Shown one piece after another: positions 11,847-23,280 of a stretch of 64,000 bases of DNA. The stretch comes from Nematocida ausubeli. Its lineage: Eukaryota. The stretch's first letter is position 1; the number at the start of each line of letters is the position of its first letter. Made by a program: the position numbers and the translations under genes. The notes below the pieces were generated by a model. The model worked only from the letters and a program-made list of their open reading frames with translations, was not told the origin of the DNA and searched no databases. The stretch spans positions 496,001 to 560,000 of the forward strand of contig NW_026515635.1 of the NCBI RefSeq assembly GCF_000738915.1, given 5' to 3'.

Positions 11847-12174
11847 AAAAATTTTCAGCTGTATACTCTTATTCACATTCTCAAAGAGAAGTGATGTTCT
11901 ACCATGTGAACAGAAATGTAAAATAAAATATATTTATAAAGGTGTTGTATTACTATAACTATGCAGTTTTCTTAAAATGCTTTTGTCCTTAGTTTATTAT
12001 TGTGTTGTCACTTGCTATTTTATATTTCTACTCCTTAAATTTTTATAAAAGTCTCTTGCACTCTAACTCTTTCTCTTAGAGATATTTTTATAGTGAGTAT
12101 ATGGCTTAGAGGGTTTTTGTCTTTGAACTTACATATTTCAAGGATTGTATTAATATATGTATTCGGGTCTAGTT

Positions 12175-12417
12175 CTAGGAGAGGGCTATTTCGCTTTCAA
12201 TTAGGGCAATGCAGAAAACTATGCAGGAAGCAGAAAATGCCACTGTAAGAACAAGTATAGTTGTTATGTAGATGGACATTTTATATCTAGTGTGATCTGA
12301 ATATATGATTATTCCATCTGCATTGTCATTATTTGAGCAGGAGGAGCCATTGAGTGAAATGGTAGTAAAACTATCACTTCTGTCTGATCTACAGCTTATC
12401 TCAGTGTTGTCATACAT
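12175..12417 (-). CDS. Small hypothetical protein with C-terminal transmembrane segment
   Basis: 80 aa from ATG 12417; Ser/Asn/Asp-rich N-terminus followed by hydrophobic IYITTILVLTVAFSASCIVFCIALI. Confidence 0.5.
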   Translation of the reverse strand: MYDNTEISCRSDRSDSFTTISLNGSSCSNNDNADGIIIYSDHTRYKMSIYITTILVLTVAFSASCIVFCIALIESEIALS

Positions 12418-12975
12418 CTTGAATTTTTCCAAGTGTGAAATTATATTTACAATTTGCCTATAAACACAAAAATCACCTAGAGTATAATTACCGTATACTG
12501 TAGACAGTATTTACTGATTCTTTCTCAGCCAAAGTAGTAAGGCTGCATATACTGTTCATAATACAATTTAGCAAGTAGTTTTAACAGTACATTTGGATGT
12601 TATTATTGATAGACTCTTTCATTGTGATATATGGGCTGTGTTATTTATATGTAATTCTGTATGCATGTACTAGACCACCTGTAATATTATTTAGTTTCTG
12701 ATATATAATTGTTTCGCCTGTGAGTATTCCTGTTTTCCTTTAATTCAGGTAATTTTAGTGAAGATATCTTGTATTTTATGTATTCTTGTGCCTGGCAGAT
12801 AACTGCCTGCAGTGTGGTTATAGAGAATGCATTTACCAGAACTGCTTCACTCTGCATATGATCAGTGTTCTACGCAAAACATAGATAAAACCTAGTAGAC
12901 TACATGCTTTGAACATATTTATTTGTAACAGTCAAGGAAACAGTGCAGCATTTTGCTGAAATGGAACACGGGTAT

Positions 12976-15150
12976 TTACGGTACAAAATAAAGAGTGTCT
13001 GCTGAGAGAGACACAAGCCCTTTCTCCTGGAGAGCCATGATGTACGCATCGAGTTCTTCCTCTTCCAACGGGAATCTTTTCATGACTATTTGCTTGAGGT
13101 TGGAAGATTCCAGTCCTGTTTCTGTCTTCAGGGTTTTCACTATGTATGCTTCAACTGCACTTTTTGAGTAGGCGGAGTGCGCTGTTTCGGTGTCCTTCAG
13201 TGTATCTTTAATATCAGGCACAAAAATGTTTATGTGCTTTGTTTCCTCTGATACTTGCAGGTGTATTTCATACTTTCCATCACTTTCTCTAATGATTGAG
13301 GAATCAACCAGCGACTGCACTTTGTTTTTTACTATAGCCTGTGTCTTTTCAGTTATATCCAGCATTATTGCAGATGTTAGTTCCTCTAGAGTACTAATTC
13401 CTCCACGTGCCAAGAGTATAAGTATTGATCCCTGGACCATGTCACACTCTACCTCTACACCGTTCACCTCCAGAGTAACTGAGGAGACTGTAGGGCAGAG
13501 ACGAAGGATAAACTTTCTTCCTTTTTCTGTGCAGTACTCTTTGACAGACTCCCAAATATCCTCGAGTTCAGCAGGAATGCGCATGTGTATTGCAGGATAG
13601 CTCCACCTAATGCAGGCAAGCAAGAAGCAGTCTGACTGCATCTTAGGCTTGTGGCTTCTAAAGTACACCTCGCTTATCTCAATGTCCTTTATGCACATCA
13701 GGATCTCCTCAAAGTTGCTTGTGTCGTAGTACTCTTCTGTCTTGTAGAGTGTTTCTATGTCAATGTAGTCAACAACTGATTTATGCACTTTCAGATTATT
13801 CCATAGCTTTGGCTCCTTGTAGTTCTCAAGCCTTCGAGTTATAATGTTTATAAGCTTCTTCTCTGCGACTGCAGGACTGCCCAGAATTAGTCTGTTCTTC
13901 ACTCCTGCTAAAAACTGCGTCCAGAAGGCATTTTTGTGTGCTGGCACATTTGCAATAATAAGAGACAGCTCTATTATTGGCTGCTTCTTCTGCTTCATAT
14001 ACATGTTGACCTCCTCAAGCAGCTGATTTCCAAACTCAAGAGTGTCTGGGCTCTCTACAAGAAGACTCTCAAGCTTTCTTCTCAGCACAAGCTCAAACAC
14101 CTTCTTGACACTTTTTGAGGTGCGCGGCATGCAGCTGAAGTGCTTCTCCATGAATATACAGAACTTAAGAAATGAGCTGCAGTCTGATATTTTCTCAATA
14201 ATCTTTATGCTCATTAGAATTGCAGTATTCACAAAAATGCTCCTGCTTTTCACAGAGTTATCAACGAATGAGTAGAAAGGCGCAATCTCTGCGTGTGTCT
14301 TCTTGTTTATTCCGGTTCTCATGATTTTTGAGACAAACCCTTCAATGAAATTCTTCAGAACCTGGTCATCTATCTTCTCCTCCACCATGCGGTAGAGAAT
14401 CTTTTTGTTTTTTTCCTTTTTTTTGAATAGACCGTCTGCAGCTGCTATCTTATAGTATATAAAGGATATCTGGTCCTGCTCGCTCTCTTTTTTCCGCGGA
14501 GAAGCCACAAACTTTGCAATTGAGTTAAGAAGCTTTTTCAGGGACTTTTTCTGATTTGACACTTTGCATATCTTTATATTGACCTTGAGCATGACCCGAA
14601 GAATCTTTAGCTTTCTACAGCATGCATCTTTATCCAGAGGCCTTTGCGCCTTTATTTCCAGATATTCCTTAAGCCCATCCACAAACATTGGGTGGAGCCT
14701 GCCCTCCTTCCCGCTTATAAGGATTGAAAATAGCCTTTGATAATACAGATCCTTCAGAGCCACTACGTTCGCATTGGATATCTCCAGGTTAACCCGCACA
14801 AAGTATCTGCTTAAAAAGGACAGCATCTTGCATATCCTTTCATTTGCCCGAATGTACCCATCTATAAACCGGACGAATGTCTCAAGCGTATAGTCTTCTG
14901 GAAGTCTCTTCAGATGCTTTATCAGAGCCTGGTCGTATATTGTGTATACCTCGGCACCCTCAATGATGTATTTGTCTTTTGTGTTTTCAGTGCAGTACCT
15001 GTACACTGCGTTGTACCCATCCATAAACACATTATGGCAGTCTCTTTCCTCTGGAGTGCATATCAGCTTGCCTATTGATTTTTTTATTACTGACAGATAC
15101 TTCTGTCCGCTAATATTCTTTTCGCTTATGTCTGGTACCATAGACTGCAT
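12976..15150 (-). CDS. Cullin family protein (divergent)
   Basis: N-terminal FMDGYNAVYRYC and MLSFLSRYFV cullin-repeat motifs; KNRLI; C-terminal winged-helix VEAYIVKTLK (neddylation-site pattern) and LQEKGLV...YFVP end. Confidence 0.85.
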   Translation of the reverse strand: MQSMVPDISEKNISGQKYLSVIKKSIGKLICTPEERDCHNVFMDGYNAVYRYCTENTKDKYIIEGAEVYTIYDQALIKHLKRLPEDYTLETFVRFIDGYIRANERICKMLSFLSRYFVRVNLEISNANVVALKDLYYQRLFSILISGKEGRLHPMFVDGLKEYLEIKAQRPLDKDACCRKLKILRVMLKVNIKICKVSNQKKSLKKLLNSIAKFVASPRKKESEQDQISFIYYKIAAADGLFKKKEKNKKILYRMVEEKIDDQVLKNFIEGFVSKIMRTGINKKTHAEIAPFYSFVDNSVKSRSIFVNTAILMSIKIIEKISDCSSFLKFCIFMEKHFSCMPRTSKSVKKVFELVLRRKLESLLVESPDTLEFGNQLLEEVNMYMKQKKQPIIELSLIIANVPAHKNAFWTQFLAGVKNRLILGSPAVAEKKLINIITRRLENYKEPKLWNNLKVHKSVVDYIDIETLYKTEEYYDTSNFEEILMCIKDIEISEVYFRSHKPKMQSDCFLLACIRWSYPAIHMRIPAELEDIWESVKEYCTEKGRKFILRLCPTVSSVTLEVNGVEVECDMVQGSILILLARGGISTLEELTSAIMLDITEKTQAIVKNKVQSLVDSSIIRESDGKYEIHLQVSEETKHINIFVPDIKDTLKDTETAHSAYSKSAVEAYIVKTLKTETGLESSNLKQIVMKRFPLEEEELDAYIMALQEKGLVSLSADTLYFVP

Positions 15151-15193
15151 TTAAATTCTTTTCTTTTCTATTTTTTTGTATTACAATTAGCCA

Positions 15194-15760
15194 ATGGGAT
15201 ATAAAATACTTGTAACAGGCACACCGGGTGTGGGGAAGACCACTCTCACACAGTACATGAAAACCCGTCTAAATTACAAATTAATCGAGCTAAGTGATGT
15301 AATTGAGAAGAAAAAACTATTTACAAATAAGTGTAAAATATACGATACACTGGAGTACGACATAGAGGATGTAGAGAAGTATCTGGAGAAAAAGATAAAG
15401 GACAGAAACAATTATATCATAGACACACATGACCCAGAGGCAGTCTCCTTCATTAAGTTTGACATCATAGTTGTTTTGTCTGCTGATCTCAGCGTACTCT
15501 ATGATAGATACGAAAAAAGAGGCTACAACAAAGTGAAAACAGAAGAGAATCTGCAGGTAGAAATCATGGAGGTCATCTATAATGAGGTGATTGAGATGCT
15601 TTGTGAAAATGAAGAAGAAGTTGAGCAGATAATAAGAATAGAAACAGTCCAGAACAAAGAGCCCAAAAAGATTGAGGACATATACAAGGAGATCACTCAG
15701 ACCAAGCAGTGGAAAAGCACAATAAACAAGAGCCTATGCAAACTCGAGACAAAGCAATAG
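15194..15760 (+). CDS. FAP7: Adenylate kinase 6 / Fap7 (40S maturation ATPase)
   Basis: ILVTGTPGVGKTT P-loop, IIDTH Walker-B-like motif, LYDRYEKRGY..K.EEN. Confidence 0.9.
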   Translation: MGYKILVTGTPGVGKTTLTQYMKTRLNYKLIELSDVIEKKKLFTNKCKIYDTLEYDIEDVEKYLEKKIKDRNNYIIDTHDPEAVSFIKFDIIVVLSADLSVLYDRYEKRGYNKVKTEENLQVEIMEVIYNEVIEMLCENEEEVEQIIRIETVQNKEPKKIEDIYKEITQTKQWKSTINKSLCKLETKQ

Positions 15761-16556
15761 AATTATACGTAAGCAAGCACGATCTTGCTCAGCCGTTGGT
15801 TGTAAGCACCTTATAATAAACATATTTATGCACTAGCACTTTTTGAGAACTGTCATATGCTTCTGTCTATCACATAGGTCTGGTCTCTGAAGAAGCTATT
15901 TCTGCCTTAGAACAAATATATTTTTAATCCAATAATAAGCACTATATTCACTTAAGTTATATACTAAGTGCATGAGTTGGTATGTCTATGAATTACGCAT
16001 AGATATTTTAGGACAGAGATATAATTATGTCCGTTATATTTGTGGTTAATTTCTTGGCATTAATAAATAAATTTAAGATCAATCTTAGGCTAAAAGGCAC
16101 ATTGTAGACCAGACAGACCATACATATCCTGAAAAAGTCAGAATATGTGCTCTTATGTGTAATTATGAAACTTTGGCATTTATTAAAAATAAAGCTTCTT
16201 AAATACTTTATGCTTTAGTTGTTCATTTCTGTATAATTAGCAAACTAGTCCTTGAGTGGCAAATAGCCCGAATTACAGCTGGTTTTGGAAATGACATCTA
16301 TGCTCTCAGATGCAGCACAGATTTGCAATAATAATAAACCCTGAATGACTGCAATTACTTATATTTTTAGCCTAGGAAAGAGGCATGGCATCATTAAGAA
16401 TATGTTGGTCTTAGAACTATCTAAAGACATTTCTACTGTTAGTATGAAGCCAGTTATTATAAACTCTACTGAGGATCGAATGGAGAAAATGAATCTAATA
16501 GCAGAGTGCTGTAAAACAAGACACTCTCTATGCATACTACAACATACTTCCAAACT

Positions 16557-19325
16557 TTACGCTGTGGTTTTGTCTGAAATATCGCAGTATTTCTTTAAGC
16601 ACTCAATTGCTTTATTTCTCCCTTCCCTGGATAACCTTTCAAGCAGTTCAGTTGCATTTTTTTCGTATACGTACCAAAGTATCTGAGCGTATGTAACTAT
16701 TGCATTTGCAACATCTAAATCCGAGCCAACTAAAAGTAGATTATTAATGATTTTTACCATGTCTTTTATGCACACTAATCTATGGACTTCCCATGTTTCA
16801 TTTCTGATGCCCTGCACTTTAGACAAATTTTCTTTTATATTATTTACTCTGCACCCTATGCAAATAATTAAGTATTTTCGAATTTCCATACTTGGCTCCT
16901 GCTGGTTGGCTAGTATATTGTTTATATAACGAAGATTATAGTAGGTGTGTACTGGAGCAAACCTATGATCCCACATCATGAATATAATAATATTGAGTTT
17001 GTCTGTTGTATATTCAACTTCATATTGAAATGGCTGGACTTTTGGATAAATTAGATCTAGTGTGCTATATGCTGTCTTATTGACCAGCTTTATATAACCA
17101 GAATTAATTATTATATAATCACATAGTGTGTATAATTCTATATGCACTGCATAATCAGAAAGGATAAAATACGGAAATGCAAGTCTCTGCATGTTGATTA
17201 TATCTCTTTTTAAGTACCTTACTTCCTCTTCTATACCTTTATCTAGCTTTATAATGGGACTGCCAAGCTCTAGGGCTGCGGTTTTTTTGGAACTCAAATC
17301 AATAATCATAGGCTGTGCTTGTCTTTTGTATGCATAATAGATCTTTAAGTTTCCATAAAAATCAAAAATATGATTGCATTCATATATATTACGCATGGTA
17401 AATAACGTAAATACCTCTCTTCCTTCTTCAAATGAAGAGTTATTTTTGTACCACTTATCTAAGTTTTTGCTTGCTATGCAGTTTCTTGAGAGAGAAGCAA
17501 GAACAGTTGATATTTTTTCCTCTAATAAGCTTATAAAGATTCTAAATGGATTTATATTATTTTCTCCACTTACACTAGCTATGCTTAATATTGAGATTTC
17601 CACCATTTCCTTTATTTCTTCTTTAGATTTTCCTGCAAGCGCCAAAACAATGGAGATCAAATCAATAATGCCACCCACAGCAATCTTTTGATCATTTTCG
17701 TATTTGCCTATTTCTCTATCTTTCATTATATTTCTAATTATTTTTTTCCACTGGCAGTAAATTTCATGTGTTACTTCCTTTCCTATTGCCATATTAAAAC
17801 TATCCTTTTTTATGGGCTTATTGTTATCTTGTCTTACATTTATCCCGCATGCCCTGTTTAAAACATAGCTAATGCAGTCAACTGGCATAGAAAAAAAACT
17901 CTTTATTCCTACGTGTAGATTTGGAATGTGGTCTGTCTCATATGAATTGGTATTTGGGTCGTATGTAAGACAGGAGAATATTCCAAGTAAAGCAGCCTCT
18001 ATTTCATCCAGAGCTATTTCTGTTTTCAACTGTACTTTTTCAAAAATATCTAAATTGACTACTTTTTTAATAGGAAGCTCTGAGTGTTTTGTAAAGGGAA
18101 GTAATTGTATTTTTTCAGGGGGCTTTACCAAACTCTTCAGTTTTTGTATTTTCTCCCAATATCTAAGCATTTCTTTAAGCTCATTATGGTCATTAGAAAA
18201 GAGATCATCGAAGAGTCTTCTTTCCTTTTCTTCTTCTAACACCAGATTATTTCTTCTACTTTCTATTATGTGCTCATCCAGCATTAAATATACTGTTCTA
18301 TTAAAGCTGTTTGCTTCTTCTACAGTTTCTAGAAAGAAATGTATATACGTCTGTATAAGCCAGTATGGGGTTTTCATAAGACGATCTAGCCATTCTATTC
18401 TTTCATAAAATTGAAAAGGACCCGATACAGCAGCGGTGGGCTTCATACCCGGCCAAGAATATTTCACCTTACAATAATCATTAGCATAATGAATAAAAAA
18501 CTCAATAACCTCTACTGCCTTCTTTTGATAAGTATCCAATTTCTGCCCATCACAACCATTATCTTTTTCTATCTGCGGCATAGAAATAACCATTTCAAGA
18601 GAAAAGTGCTCTTCTTCTTTTCTTTTCTCTTGACCTACCTTCTTTAGTACAAGCCTTTGGGATGAGCCTGGCGTCTTATCGAAGAACAGCGGCACTTTTA
18701 TCCCCTCCGAGAGCAGCAAGAGCGACGCAAGAATCATATGGGCGTGCTTCTTCACAGGTTCGCTCTTCAAAAAAAGAGTAAATGAGTCTTTACAATCTTC
18801 TTCTGGAAAGATACTTATTTTTTGCTTAGGTGAGGGAAACATGCTAATGAGTGTAGTGTAATAGTCTATATCAAATGCTCTTAATACGTCACCATTTATA
18901 TCCTTTTTATGCACAGTGTCTTTGCTTGGGTCTCTTGTGTATTGGTTATTATTTGTCTTGTCTGACATAATATAGTATGCATCTATTTCTGAAGAGTTGA
19001 ACCGAATATTATAAATATGATTGTTTTTATCGCATACATATAGCATAATTGGGCAAAGTGCCCCTCTTAGTTTAACTGTCCAGCTTATTCCATTCTCCTC
19101 GAATAAAACTGTTTTCAGTATATCCTCTACTGCATTGGCTTCTACTATTGCACAAATATTTTGTATTGCTAGAATTATAAATACCAAAAACATTCTTACT
19201 AAAGAATTCTTAAAGATTTCTTTATGACCTTCGGGTGCATCCACCTCTTGTTTTCTGCCGGGCTTTCCGCTTCTAGTCTTTTTCATATAATATTCATTCT
19301 TATTAGTATTTTTCCGATTACTCAT
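16557..19325 (-). CDS. Large secreted-type protein of a Nematocida expanded family (NemLGF1-like)
   Basis: Hydrophobic signal-like segment MFLVFIILAIQNICA (possible alternative start 19193); motifs LISMFPSP, DSFTLFLKS, HAHMILASLLLLSEG, WLIQTYI, LLGIFSCLTYDP; clear paralog of 46665..48809. Family name is from recall. Confidence 0.7.
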   Translation of the reverse strand: MSNRKNTNKNEYYMKKTRSGKPGRKQEVDAPEGHKEIFKNSLVRMFLVFIILAIQNICAIVEANAVEDILKTVLFEENGISWTVKLRGALCPIMLYVCDKNNHIYNIRFNSSEIDAYYIMSDKTNNNQYTRDPSKDTVHKKDINGDVLRAFDIDYYTTLISMFPSPKQKISIFPEEDCKDSFTLFLKSEPVKKHAHMILASLLLLSEGIKVPLFFDKTPGSSQRLVLKKVGQEKRKEEEHFSLEMVISMPQIEKDNGCDGQKLDTYQKKAVEVIEFFIHYANDYCKVKYSWPGMKPTAAVSGPFQFYERIEWLDRLMKTPYWLIQTYIHFFLETVEEANSFNRTVYLMLDEHIIESRRNNLVLEEEKERRLFDDLFSNDHNELKEMLRYWEKIQKLKSLVKPPEKIQLLPFTKHSELPIKKVVNLDIFEKVQLKTEIALDEIEAALLGIFSCLTYDPNTNSYETDHIPNLHVGIKSFFSMPVDCISYVLNRACGINVRQDNNKPIKKDSFNMAIGKEVTHEIYCQWKKIIRNIMKDREIGKYENDQKIAVGGIIDLISIVLALAGKSKEEIKEMVEISILSIASVSGENNINPFRIFISLLEEKISTVLASLSRNCIASKNLDKWYKNNSSFEEGREVFTLFTMRNIYECNHIFDFYGNLKIYYAYKRQAQPMIIDLSSKKTAALELGSPIIKLDKGIEEEVRYLKRDIINMQRLAFPYFILSDYAVHIELYTLCDYIIINSGYIKLVNKTAYSTLDLIYPKVQPFQYEVEYTTDKLNIIIFMMWDHRFAPVHTYYNLRYINNILANQQEPSMEIRKYLIICIGCRVNNIKENLSKVQGIRNETWEVHRLVCIKDMVKIINNLLLVGSDLDVANAIVTYAQILWYVYEKNATELLERLSREGRNKAIECLKKYCDISDKTTA

Positions 19326-20199
19326 ATCTTAATAACAAGTTATTTAAAAGAATTTTCTCTAATAAATTTTGTTGTCTGTCTGTCTACATATATTAGTAAT
19401 TCTACTAGTAGTAATTTAAAATAAATTCTATCTTTAGTTTTCTAGTCGACAACAAATCTAAGAAAAAGATAGAAGATTTTAATATTGGTAACTACATAGT
19501 AAGATTGATCTATTACATAACATGGTTTTTAGCTGTTTTTGGCCTATAAGCTCCTAGCAGCAAAATCTAAATAGACATAAATATGTTCTCTATGCATTTG
19601 TATGCAGATATTATAGTGGGCTTATGTAGCCTTTTGTGTATGCATGGATTTTTATACGAGTTTACTTAGAAAGCATAGTAAAGAAAGAAGAATTTGCTGA
19701 ACATATATCACCATACACCTATTCTATTTTAGTAGTTTAATAGTTCTGTTTGCACAAATTGTTTCTTCTTCCCATTCCTATGCACAATTATTCTTTCTCT
19801 CTTTATATTTTTGTGCTTTTTTCTTGTATTATTTTTCTATTTTTATGTGTCTAAAAATATCTCTTCCTGCTCTACACCCAGCTATGAGAAGAAAGATTTA
19901 GTTTGAAAAAAAGAACGAGTTTAAAAAAAATAGAGAAATTACATATTCCATAAACCCGTATAAATGTCTATGTGATCGAAAGAGATTTAACAAGCAGAGC
20001 AAATAAGAGATGTGTAAAATAAAGAAGCACAGGATGCATATTAGAATCAAATAAAAATTATTAAAAATGTCTGCTGTAAATAAAGAAGTATACAGCTTTA
20101 CATGCGCACTACATAAATGCAAAATAGAAAATATTGGAGTAGTACTGCCGTGCCTGCTTAAATATTTAAATATGTATCTTAAATATGTTTATTAATTAT

Positions 20200-22308
20200 T
20201 CAGTTTTTTCTATGAGCTAACTCATATTGCTGCCTTTTATAGAGAACATTTGCAGGCGTGACTATTTTGTCAGATTTTGCTATTTCAATAAGAAGAGAAA
20301 ATTCTTCATCACTAATTGAGGGAAGGCTTGTGTTATTAAAGAAGTACTCTGCAGAAATCTTTAGCATTGAGCCTGTCTGATTTGACCGAGAAATTCCTAG
20401 ATACATTCTCTCAAGAAGTGCAAGAGACAGCTTAAAAAGAAAGACTGCCCCATAGTATGCAAGATAGTCAAATATAACCTCAATGTGTTTTCTCTGGAAA
20501 AACGTGCTGAAGAGGCTGAGTATCCACGGGGTGACAAGTATTTTAAGCTCTATCTCCTTGGAAACAAGATTGTCACATAGCCCAGGACACTTCTCTTTTG
20601 CAAACTCAATAAAGACTGCCACGTCTCTGTGCATGCCGTATATTTCAGGCCCTGTATAATCAGGAAGTATCCTTGTGAATATGTGAACAAGACTGTAGAA
20701 ACACCCAGACTCTCCTAAAATTCTATATAGAATGCCTCCAACCATAGCATGCGACTGCAGGTACTCGTTATTGTTATATGCTGTGAACGCATACATCACT
20801 CTTTTTAGCCCTGCATACACCTCGCCAGGCACATCTTCATAGATTGATCTCTGTATATCCTTATCAATCTGGTCATATGATGTAAAGTATGTGGTCTTTG
20901 ACTTTTCAACTGACATTTCAAATAGCCCTGGGTCGTTAACAATGCCGCAAAGACAGAAACATCCAAACCAGATGAAAGGTCTTTCCTGCCTTTGCACAGA
21001 AATGCTCATTGCACTATTCGTCTTCATGCACATGTATATCCTGTATTCAGAGCATCTACCCATAGACCAGTTTCCTGACGTAGAGTCTAAATCGCAGTTC
21101 ATAATCTTGCTGTTTTGTAGTATATCCAGCAGTATGCTGAAGTATGCAGACTTAAACCGAGGGTCTTCTTTTGCGATGTTTAGAAGTATGCTGTCTATTG
21201 ATAGCTCTTCATTATCCACTAAATACATCTCAAATTCTCTGTGGTTGGCATCTGTGACTCGCAGAACAATATTCCATCCTTTTGTGATTTCTGCCTTTCT
21301 AATCATGCAGAGCGGAATTGCCAGGCACTTCTGATCCTCCTTGATAATCAAAAAGTTGTTTGTTATCGAAACAGTTCCTGTTGAATGCATGGCAATGCAG
21401 TTTATTCTCTGGTTGTATAACGGAATGGTTGAACAGAGTCTTTCGCAGATTCTTTGCCGCAGTAAGTCAGCGTATGTTTGAATTTCTTCTCTGGGCGACA
21501 ATGCAAGCTGCATAATCTCTTCATCAAGCTCTGGGAAAAGGCATAGACAGACTTTTTTATAAAGAAAGCCAGACTCTTTTTTCTTGCTCTCTGTACTTAA
21601 TTCCTCAGCCCCATTCTTTATATCCTCGTCTGCACTTCCTGCAGTTTCCGGAATTGTTTGCTCATCTGCCAAGGCGCAGTGTTTCTCGGAAACCAAATTG
21701 CTAGCATACATCTGCTCAGGCCCATCTCTGTAGCAAGCTACCTGTTCGTGGTCTGCACTATCAGCACCACCTACACTTTCAATATAGGAAATCTCCATAT
21801 GGTTGCCCTTCTTTATCTCTCGCACTGCTTCATACTTTATCACGATGTGCTCTCCTATGCCAAATATTCCTATTGATCTGGTGCCTAAGAGCACAACCGT
21901 TCTGGAGCTTTCGTATGCCTTGATGTAAGACCCTATGCACATACCAAAGGATAGGCTTTGGAAAAAATCAGGAGCACCTTCTTCTATCCACTTCGCCAGT
22001 CTGTTGAAGGACCAGCTCCCGCATATAACTCTTTCTGCACCAGAAATACTCTTGTCAACCAAGCGGTACCTTCCAATTTTCCTATCTATTATATACTCCC
22101 GCACTGTTTTGTAGTTTATTTCCTCGCTCTCTTCAGACTCGTAATTGGCAGGTTCTCTTCTTTTATGCCCTTGTATGGTTATATCTGACTCTGCACTATT
22201 TTTATCCTTTCTATGCCCAGCAGTTTTTTGCGATTTAGTTTCGACTAAAGCTTCTTCTATTTTCTTTTCTATTATGAATTTACCCTGGGCATACACTTCT
22301 ATCCACAT
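20200..22308 (-). CDS. Rab GTPase-activating protein (C-terminal TBC domain; possible GRAM/PH-like N-terminal regions)
   Basis: Arg finger QIDKDIQRS, Gln finger YLQSH, ILPDY, WILSLF, IFDYLAYYG. Confidence 0.85.
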   Translation of the reverse strand: MWIEVYAQGKFIIEKKIEEALVETKSQKTAGHRKDKNSAESDITIQGHKRREPANYESEESEEINYKTVREYIIDRKIGRYRLVDKSISGAERVICGSWSFNRLAKWIEEGAPDFFQSLSFGMCIGSYIKAYESSRTVVLLGTRSIGIFGIGEHIVIKYEAVREIKKGNHMEISYIESVGGADSADHEQVACYRDGPEQMYASNLVSEKHCALADEQTIPETAGSADEDIKNGAEELSTESKKKESGFLYKKVCLCLFPELDEEIMQLALSPREEIQTYADLLRQRICERLCSTIPLYNQRINCIAMHSTGTVSITNNFLIIKEDQKCLAIPLCMIRKAEITKGWNIVLRVTDANHREFEMYLVDNEELSIDSILLNIAKEDPRFKSAYFSILLDILQNSKIMNCDLDSTSGNWSMGRCSEYRIYMCMKTNSAMSISVQRQERPFIWFGCFCLCGIVNDPGLFEMSVEKSKTTYFTSYDQIDKDIQRSIYEDVPGEVYAGLKRVMYAFTAYNNNEYLQSHAMVGGILYRILGESGCFYSLVHIFTRILPDYTGPEIYGMHRDVAVFIEFAKEKCPGLCDNLVSKEIELKILVTPWILSLFSTFFQRKHIEVIFDYLAYYGAVFLFKLSLALLERMYLGISRSNQTGSMLKISAEYFFNNTSLPSISDEEFSLLIEIAKSDKIVTPANVLYKRQQYELAHRKN

Positions 22309-22331
22309 AATAATTTAATTTACAAATTAAC

Positions 22332-22691
22332 TCATTCCATATTTGGGTTCTTTTTAGAAAGTCTTCTGTATGCTTCATGGATGTGTGAGGGAAGAAGTTC
22401 TCCTCCATCCTCCCACTCCTCCTGCACTTCCTTGGCTTCTTCAACCATCTCTGCCACAAACACCTTTGCAATTCCGCTAAGTACAATTGAGAAATTTGGA
22501 TTGCATGTCTGATCCAAGACTTGACTGACAAACTTGCGAATCCCTCCTTTGTTAAACCCGGTTCTTCTGAATTTTACATACCTTTTCAGCTCGTCTTCCG
22601 TTAGGTTTACTGTTTCCTCCTCTGCTGGTGCTTTGTATGTTTCCATCTCCTCGCTTTCTGTGTCGAATGCGTCTTCTTTATTACTTCTCAT
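22332..22691 (-). CDS. TAF11: TFIID subunit 11
   Basis: RYVKFRRTGF, SGIAKVFVAEMVEEA, LLPSHIHEAYRRL histone-fold motifs. Likely start is ATG 22691; the longer track ORF overlaps YIP1. Confidence 0.92.
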   Translation of the reverse strand: MRSNKEDAFDTESEEMETYKAPAEEETVNLTEDELKRYVKFRRTGFNKGGIRKFVSQVLDQTCNPNFSIVLSGIAKVFVAEMVEEAKEVQEEWEDGGELLPSHIHEAYRRLSKKNPNME

Positions 22692-22713
22692 ATTTTTTTG
22701 TTTTTTTGTCTGA

Positions 22714-23280
22714 ATGCATACATTTACGTCTGTGCTGCCACACGGCATAAAGAATGCGTTAATCGGATATAAAGAAGGAGACATGCCGCTCTTGGATGAG
22801 CTGGGAATTAATTTTGATTCTATTAAAAAAGACTCCCTCAGAATTGTGTTTGTGAAGAGTAAGGGACACGAAGATACAATGGACATGGTGGGACCGCTGC
22901 TTTTTATTTTCCTGTACGGGTTTATTCTCTTTCTGCGGGGAACAGTGCACATAGGATACCTATACTACCTATCTACACTTAGCTGTATGTTTATATACAC
23001 AATAACGGTTTTAATGAATAACAGCAGAGTCAGTCTTATGGGCATAATAAATGCATTAGGGTATGCACTAATACCTGTTCTAGCCTTTGCCACTATTAGC
23101 AGGCTGCTGCCTGGAGGAAAGGGTTTTGCACTGCTGATTGGCAGCCTGTTTTCTATTTGGTCAACAGCTGTCTCTACAAACGAAATAACAAGAAGGTTTC
23201 AAATTGAAAGAAAAGGAGCTTTAATAGGATACCCAATATTCTTGGTATACACGTGCTTCATGATGCTGTCTACAATGTAG
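22714..23280 (+). CDS. YIP1: Yip1-domain Rab-interacting membrane protein
   Basis: PLLDELGINF, DMVGPLLF, LGYALIP, YPIFLVY motifs; several TM segments. Confidence 0.9.
   Translation: MHTFTSVLPHGIKNALIGYKEGDMPLLDELGINFDSIKKDSLRIVFVKSKGHEDTMDMVGPLLFIFLYGFILFLRGTVHIGYLYYLSTLSCMFIYTITVLMNNSRVSLMGIINALGYALIPVLAFATISRLLPGGKGFALLIGSLFSIWSTAVSTNEITRRFQIERKGALIGYPIFLVYTCFMMLSTM

Noticed and set aside
11847..11905. Possible intron or frameshift joining the upstream ATG (11905) to the THADA-like ORF
   Set aside because: No GTAAGT/branch-point consensus; ATG 11846 has a typical AAAATTTTT context.
22692..22952. N-terminal extension of TAF11 in the ORF track
   Set aside because: Overlaps YIP1 on the opposite strand; TAF11-like sequence begins at ATG 22691.
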